Position numbers and translations under genes: made by a program
The notes under the pieces: model-generated
Databases searched by the model: none
What the model saw: only the letters and a program-made list of their open reading frames with translations
Told to the model about the DNA's origin: nothing
NCBI GenBank assembly: GCA_963843555.1
Contig: CAWJKV010000003.1
Coordinates: 1 to 64,000, forward strand
Source: an uncultured Methanosarcinales archaeon
GTDB lineage: Archaea; Halobacteriota; Methanosarcinia; Methanotrichales; Methanotrichaceae
Reading direction: 5' to 3'
DNA length: 64,000 bases
Part shown: positions 59,719-64,000 of the stretch, piece by piece
How the letters are laid out: each line of letters starts with the position of its first letter
Numbering within the stretch: the stretch's first letter is position 1

Positions 59719-60903
59719 ATGCAAGACTACTCCCTCAATCAGTTCTTGGCCCTGGCCAAGACACCACCCCTGGACATCGAGATCTGCGATGTAACCCTTC
59801 GCGATGGTGAGCAGATGCCGGGAGTAGTCTTTCGTGCCGATGAAAAACTGGATATTGCTCTGCGGCTGGATGAGATCGGCGTCGAGGTTATAGAAGCCGG
59901 TTTTCCCGTCGTATCCGCGGCAGAGATGAATGCCGTAAAAGAGGTCTGCAATCTGGGACTTGATGCCAAGATCTCAGCCCTCTGCCGGTCCGTCAAGAAG
60001 GATGTCGATGCGGCCATTGAATGCGGCGTGGACATGGTCAGCGTCTTCATCGCTACCTCTGATCTTCATCTCAAGTACAAACTGCACATGAGCTGTCCCG
60101 AGGCGATTTCTTGCGCACTGCAGACGGTGGAGTACGCCAAGGACCATGGCCTGATTGTGCGCTTCTCGGCCGAAGATGCCACGCGCACCGATTTTGAGAT
60201 CTTAAAGAAGCTTTACAAGAAGGCAGAGGAGTACCATGCCGACTACATCAGCGTCGCCGACACCGTGGGGATCATGAATCCGCGCACGACATATTACATG
60301 ATAAGCGAGCTGAAAAAGGTTGTCAAGATCCCCATCTGCATGCACTGCCACGACGACCTGGGAATGGCCCTGGCCAATACCCTGGCCGGAGCGGAAGCAG
60401 GGGCAAAGCAGCTGCACACTACGGTAAACGGCATTGGTGAACGCAGCGGCAACACGCCTTTAGAAGAGCTGCTGGTAACTCTGCGGCTGCATTACGACCT
60501 GGGCGGTTACGATCTCACCAAGGTAAAAGACCTCTCCAAGCTGGTGGAGACCTACTCGGAGGTCCCCGTGGCCAGGAATAAAGCCGTAGTGGGCACGAAT
60601 GCCTTTGCCCATGAGTCGGGAATTCATGTGGCGGCCGTCCTGGAAGAGCCCAGAACCTATGAGCTCTACTCTCCGGAAATGGTGGGCGCTGCCCGGCACA
60701 TCATCATAGGCAAGCACACCGGAGCCAAGGCGCTCAAATACATCACCCAGAGAATGGGCTACTACTTAAAGGACAAGGAGCTGGGCGATCTCTCGGAGCG
60801 GGTGAAGATGTGCAGCGAGTTCAAGCATCCCATAAACTGCGAGGAGCTGCGCAAGTTGATATTGAACATGGAGAATATCGAGGTTATTTATCCGGGACCG
60901 TAG
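59719..60903 (+). CDS. Homocitrate synthase/LeuA-family protein lacking regulatory domain (AksA-like)
   Basis: DVTLRDGEQ, HCHDDLG, NGIGERSGN, AHESGIH, GKHTG. Confidence 0.9.
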   Translation: MQDYSLNQFLALAKTPPLDIEICDVTLRDGEQMPGVVFRADEKLDIALRLDEIGVEVIEAGFPVVSAAEMNAVKEVCNLGLDAKISALCRSVKKDVDAAIECGVDMVSVFIATSDLHLKYKLHMSCPEAISCALQTVEYAKDHGLIVRFSAEDATRTDFEILKKLYKKAEEYHADYISVADTVGIMNPRTTYYMISELKKVVKIPICMHCHDDLGMALANTLAGAEAGAKQLHTTVNGIGERSGNTPLEELLVTLRLHYDLGGYDLTKVKDLSKLVETYSEVPVARNKAVVGTNAFAHESGIHVAAVLEEPRTYELYSPEMVGAARHIIIGKHTGAKALKYITQRMGYYLKDKELGDLSERVKMCSEFKHPINCEELRKLILNMENIEVIYPGP

Positions 60904-61113
60904 TCTGAAATTGTTTCATTTTGAGATATTTCCGATAGTTCCAATCCGAAATCTAAGAAGAAATGAGTTCATCATTTCGAGATACGGGCACTTTAAAGTT
61001 GCTTTTTGGCCCTGAAGGTTCATTGCGAGGGATAAAGCAGAGTTCTCATTGAGGGCTATATTTAAATTCGTTTCCTGCTTTGCTATATCGTGCAACGATA
61101 GGACTGGTGCAAT

Positions 61114-62352
61114 GTGAAAAAGTTTGCTGTGCTCTCTCATGTACTGCCGCCATCTAGTTCGGGTCAGGCCATGGTCCTATACAGGCTGCTGAAAGACTTG
61201 GATCCAGAAAGCTATTGTCTCATATCTCAGCGAAATTATAGCTCTGGGATATACAAGTCCTATACTGGTAGGCTGCCTGGAAGATACAACAAGATTCTGG
61301 CTGAGCTTCGATTTCGCAATCCCGTCATGTTTAGCCGTGGTTTGCTGTCTCCCATTGGTTCAGCTATCCGGTTAATCAATGCCCTGCTAGCAATTGTATG
61401 GATCCCCTTCAGAGGAATGCAGATTGCTCGAATCCTTCACAAAGAGAACTGCGGAGCCGTTGTTGCCTGCACAGCTGACTGGATAAATATCCCTGCCGGC
61501 TACTTAGCAAGCCGACTGATTGGCGTATCATATTTCCCCTACATGTTCGATTACTATTCTTATCAGTGGACAGAACCTTTTTCCAGGTTTTTTGCGAATC
61601 TCATTGAGCCACACATTCTCAAAGGTGCCGCCGGGGTTATAGTTCCTAATGAGTCCTTGCGCGATGAACTGGGGGATCGCTATGGAGTCGAATCGGCAGT
61701 TATCCACAATCCGTATGATGGCCCTGAAGTCGAGACGGATCTGCCCTGGCCGTCTAGTGAAGATGAGATTTGCATAGTGTATACAGGCGCGATCTATTAT
61801 GTGCATTACGACGCATTTCGCAATCTTGTGGCTGCAATAGAGCGACTGGGCAGGGACGACGTCTACCTCCATATCTATACAGGCGATTCTCACAGATTGC
61901 TGCAATCGGAGGGTATTCTTGGACCTGTAAAATATCATGATCATTTGGAACTCTCAGATGCCCTAGAAGTGCAAAAGAAAGCTGATGTTCTATTCTTGCC
62001 GCTGGGTTTTGTCTCTTCAAATCCAAAGATCATAAAGACATCTTCTCCTGGAAAGATGGGTGAATACCTGGCCAGCGGCCGGCCGGTTTTGTTGCACGCA
62101 CCTTCCGACTCATTTGTGAGTCGATATTTTCGGGAGCATGAATGCGGCGTTGTAGTAGACGAGGATAGTGTAGATCATTTGGCCGAGGCTATCCGAGAAC
62201 TCATCGAGGATAAGGATCTAAGAAGCCGGCTGGTCGCAAAGGCGCGCCAATGTGCCCGAGATGATTTTGACCTCGCCTCGAATCGCACCAAGTTCCTTGA
62301 GCTGTTAGGTTCTGAGAATTCCAAAGCACTTTTGACATCGAAAGCAAGGTGA
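61114..62352 (+). CDS. Glycosyltransferase family 4
   Basis: IVYTGAIY, PGKMGEYLASGRPVL, CGVVV. Confidence 0.85.
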   Translation: MKKFAVLSHVLPPSSSGQAMVLYRLLKDLDPESYCLISQRNYSSGIYKSYTGRLPGRYNKILAELRFRNPVMFSRGLLSPIGSAIRLINALLAIVWIPFRGMQIARILHKENCGAVVACTADWINIPAGYLASRLIGVSYFPYMFDYYSYQWTEPFSRFFANLIEPHILKGAAGVIVPNESLRDELGDRYGVESAVIHNPYDGPEVETDLPWPSSEDEICIVYTGAIYYVHYDAFRNLVAAIERLGRDDVYLHIYTGDSHRLLQSEGILGPVKYHDHLELSDALEVQKKADVLFLPLGFVSSNPKIIKTSSPGKMGEYLASGRPVLLHAPSDSFVSRYFREHECGVVVDEDSVDHLAEAIRELIEDKDLRSRLVAKARQCARDDFDLASNRTKFLELLGSENSKALLTSKAR

Positions 62353-62475
62353 TTTCTCTCCCATCGGCAAGGATGTGGGTATTCTCATCATCTCTCCTCA
62401 CTCCTCTGCCAAGGTTAATGGTCGGATCACTTTTTATATTGGGGTAATATCTCATTGCATACGAAGGTGAATTAA

Positions 62476-63351
62476 GTGAAGGTTCTCGTTCTTGGTGCCA
62501 CTGGGATGCTGGGCCATAAATTGATGCAAATCTTTTCCGAACGGTTTGATGTCACGGGCACTGTGCGCGCCAGCGCTTCAAGTTACAAGAACCATCCTGT
62601 GCTGGGGGGATTGTCCCTGCAAAGCGAGGTTCTGGCTGAGAACTTTGACAGCGTTATCGAGGCCATGGCGCAAGTCAAGCCGGATGTCGTCGTCAATTGC
62701 ATTGGAATTATCAAACAGCATCCGAGTGCCAAGGATCCACTGCGTAGCATCGCCCTCAATTCATTATTTCCCCACCGACTGGCCAGGCTTTGTCATGTTT
62801 CAGGGGCTCGCATGATTCACATCAGCACAGATTGTGTCTTTTCGGGCAGAAGAGGCAATTACTCGGAAGAGGACTTAGCTGACCCTGTGGACCTCTACGG
62901 CCAGAGCAAGCTATTAGGGGAGGTAACGGACCCAGGATGTTTAACCCTTCGCACTTCCATGATAGGGCGAGAGCTGAAAGGCAAGCTTGGTTTGATCGAG
63001 TGGTTCTTTGGTCAAAAGGGCAAAAAGGTGCGCGGCTTTGCTGGTGCGATATATACTGGTTTCACTACTCCAGCTCTAGCAAACCTGATCGGAGATATAA
63101 TTGAAAATCGCCCTGAGCTAAGCGGCATGTGGCATGTATCATCGGATCCTATCAGCAAATACGATCTCTTGAGTCTTGTCAATCAGGAGTTCGAACTGGA
63201 TGTAGAAATAGAAATTGATCAGATATTTCAATGCGACAGAAGCCTCAATAGTACCCGGTTCCGGACAGCAACCGGATTTAAGCCACCCTCCTGGGAGGCG
63301 ATGGTAAACCAGATGGCCAGCGATGCTACTGCATATGATAGGTTGATTTAA
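62476..63351 (+). CDS. dTDP-4-dehydrorhamnose reductase-like SDR
   Basis: VLGATGMLG, VNCIG, ISTDCVF, YGQSK. Confidence 0.88.
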   Translation: MKVLVLGATGMLGHKLMQIFSERFDVTGTVRASASSYKNHPVLGGLSLQSEVLAENFDSVIEAMAQVKPDVVVNCIGIIKQHPSAKDPLRSIALNSLFPHRLARLCHVSGARMIHISTDCVFSGRRGNYSEEDLADPVDLYGQSKLLGEVTDPGCLTLRTSMIGRELKGKLGLIEWFFGQKGKKVRGFAGAIYTGFTTPALANLIGDIIENRPELSGMWHVSSDPISKYDLLSLVNQEFELDVEIEIDQIFQCDRSLNSTRFRTATGFKPPSWEAMVNQMASDATAYDRLI

Positions 63352-63377
63352 TACACTTGAACAATGGAGGCTTCAAT

Positions 63378-64000
63378 ATGTTGAATGGAAAGAGAGTGGT
63401 AATTACCGGCGGCACGGGGTCTTTGGGCAAGGTTCTCTTGATGCGCCTGCTCTCAGGAGAGATGGGTAGGCCAAAGAAGATAATAATCTTCTCCCGTGAT
63501 GAAGCCAAGCAGCATGCTTTGCGTGTAGAATACATGCAACGCAAATCAGCCACTGATGAAGTGATATACAGGAATTTTGAGCAGCTATTGGAGTTTCGTA
63601 TCGGGGACGTTCGTGACTTCCACAGCGTAAGTGAAGTCCTGCGTGATGCGGATGTAGTCTTCAATGCAGCGGCTCTAAAGCAAGTCCCTACCTGCGAGTA
63701 CTTCCCATTTGAGGCAGTGAAGACCAATATTGTCGGTCCGGAGAACATAGTTCGGGCCATAAGAGAGCACGACCTCCCAGTGGAAACAGTTGTAGGCATC
63801 TCTACCGACAAGGCCTGTAAGCCGGTCAATGTGATGGGCATGACTAAAGCCATTCAGGAGAGGGTCTTTATTCGGGCTAATCTGGAATGTTCAGATACAC
63901 GCTTTATTTGCGTGAGGTATGGCAACGTTCTGGCCTCCCGAGGCTCTGTAATTCCGCTCTTCCACGAGCAGATAGCAAATGGAGGTCCCGTGACCATCAC
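63378..64000 (+). CDS. UDP-GlcNAc 4,6-dehydratase/polysaccharide biosynthesis protein (CapD/FnlA-like), runs off the window end
   Basis: ITGGTGSLG, FSRDEAKQ, IGDVRD, AAALKQVPTCE, STDKACKPVNVMG, RYGNVLASRGS. Confidence 0.9.
   Translation, partial: MLNGKRVVITGGTGSLGKVLLMRLLSGEMGRPKKIIIFSRDEAKQHALRVEYMQRKSATDEVIYRNFEQLLEFRIGDVRDFHSVSEVLRDADVVFNAAALKQVPTCEYFPFEAVKTNIVGPENIVRAIREHDLPVETVVGISTDKACKPVNVMGMTKAIQERVFIRANLECSDTRFICVRYGNVLASRGSVIPLFHEQIANGGPVTI

Overview
Archaeal methanogen DNA, most consistent with Methanothrix/Methanotrichaceae. Support: coenzyme F430 genes cfbA/E/D, phosphoribulokinase, GGGP synthase, TiaS, Cgi121, AfpA and L40e. Most of the window is housekeeping. Single-base indels break even essential genes (tiaS, tmk), which points to assembly errors, so 'pseudogene' calls need caution. 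The accessory part (~11.8-25.4 kb) is an AT-richer island abutting the 3' end of the SRP (7S) RNA gene (25393-25707, minus strand). Three further direct copies of the SRP 3' end (50, 127 and 92 bp) split the island into segments, each starting with a related end sequence. I infer serial site-specific integration into the SRP RNA gene, although no tyrosine integrase is visible. Cargo includes a SIR2 protein whose C-terminus resembles that of SEFIR defence proteins, a SatD (cyclase-like + HTH)/DUF3307 pair, a DUF559 nuclease-TPR gene, a serine recombinase with palindromic sites around its promoter, CcdA-like and acylphosphatase-like genes, and an IS481 remnant. RNA genes missed by the ORF track: a box C/D guide RNA (2679-2736), a three-hairpin H/ACA guide RNA (31323-31552) with guides matching 23S rRNA helices 69 and 92, and a tRNA-Ser(CGA) with two non-canonical introns (39913-40063). 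All calls were made by eye; no database searches were run.
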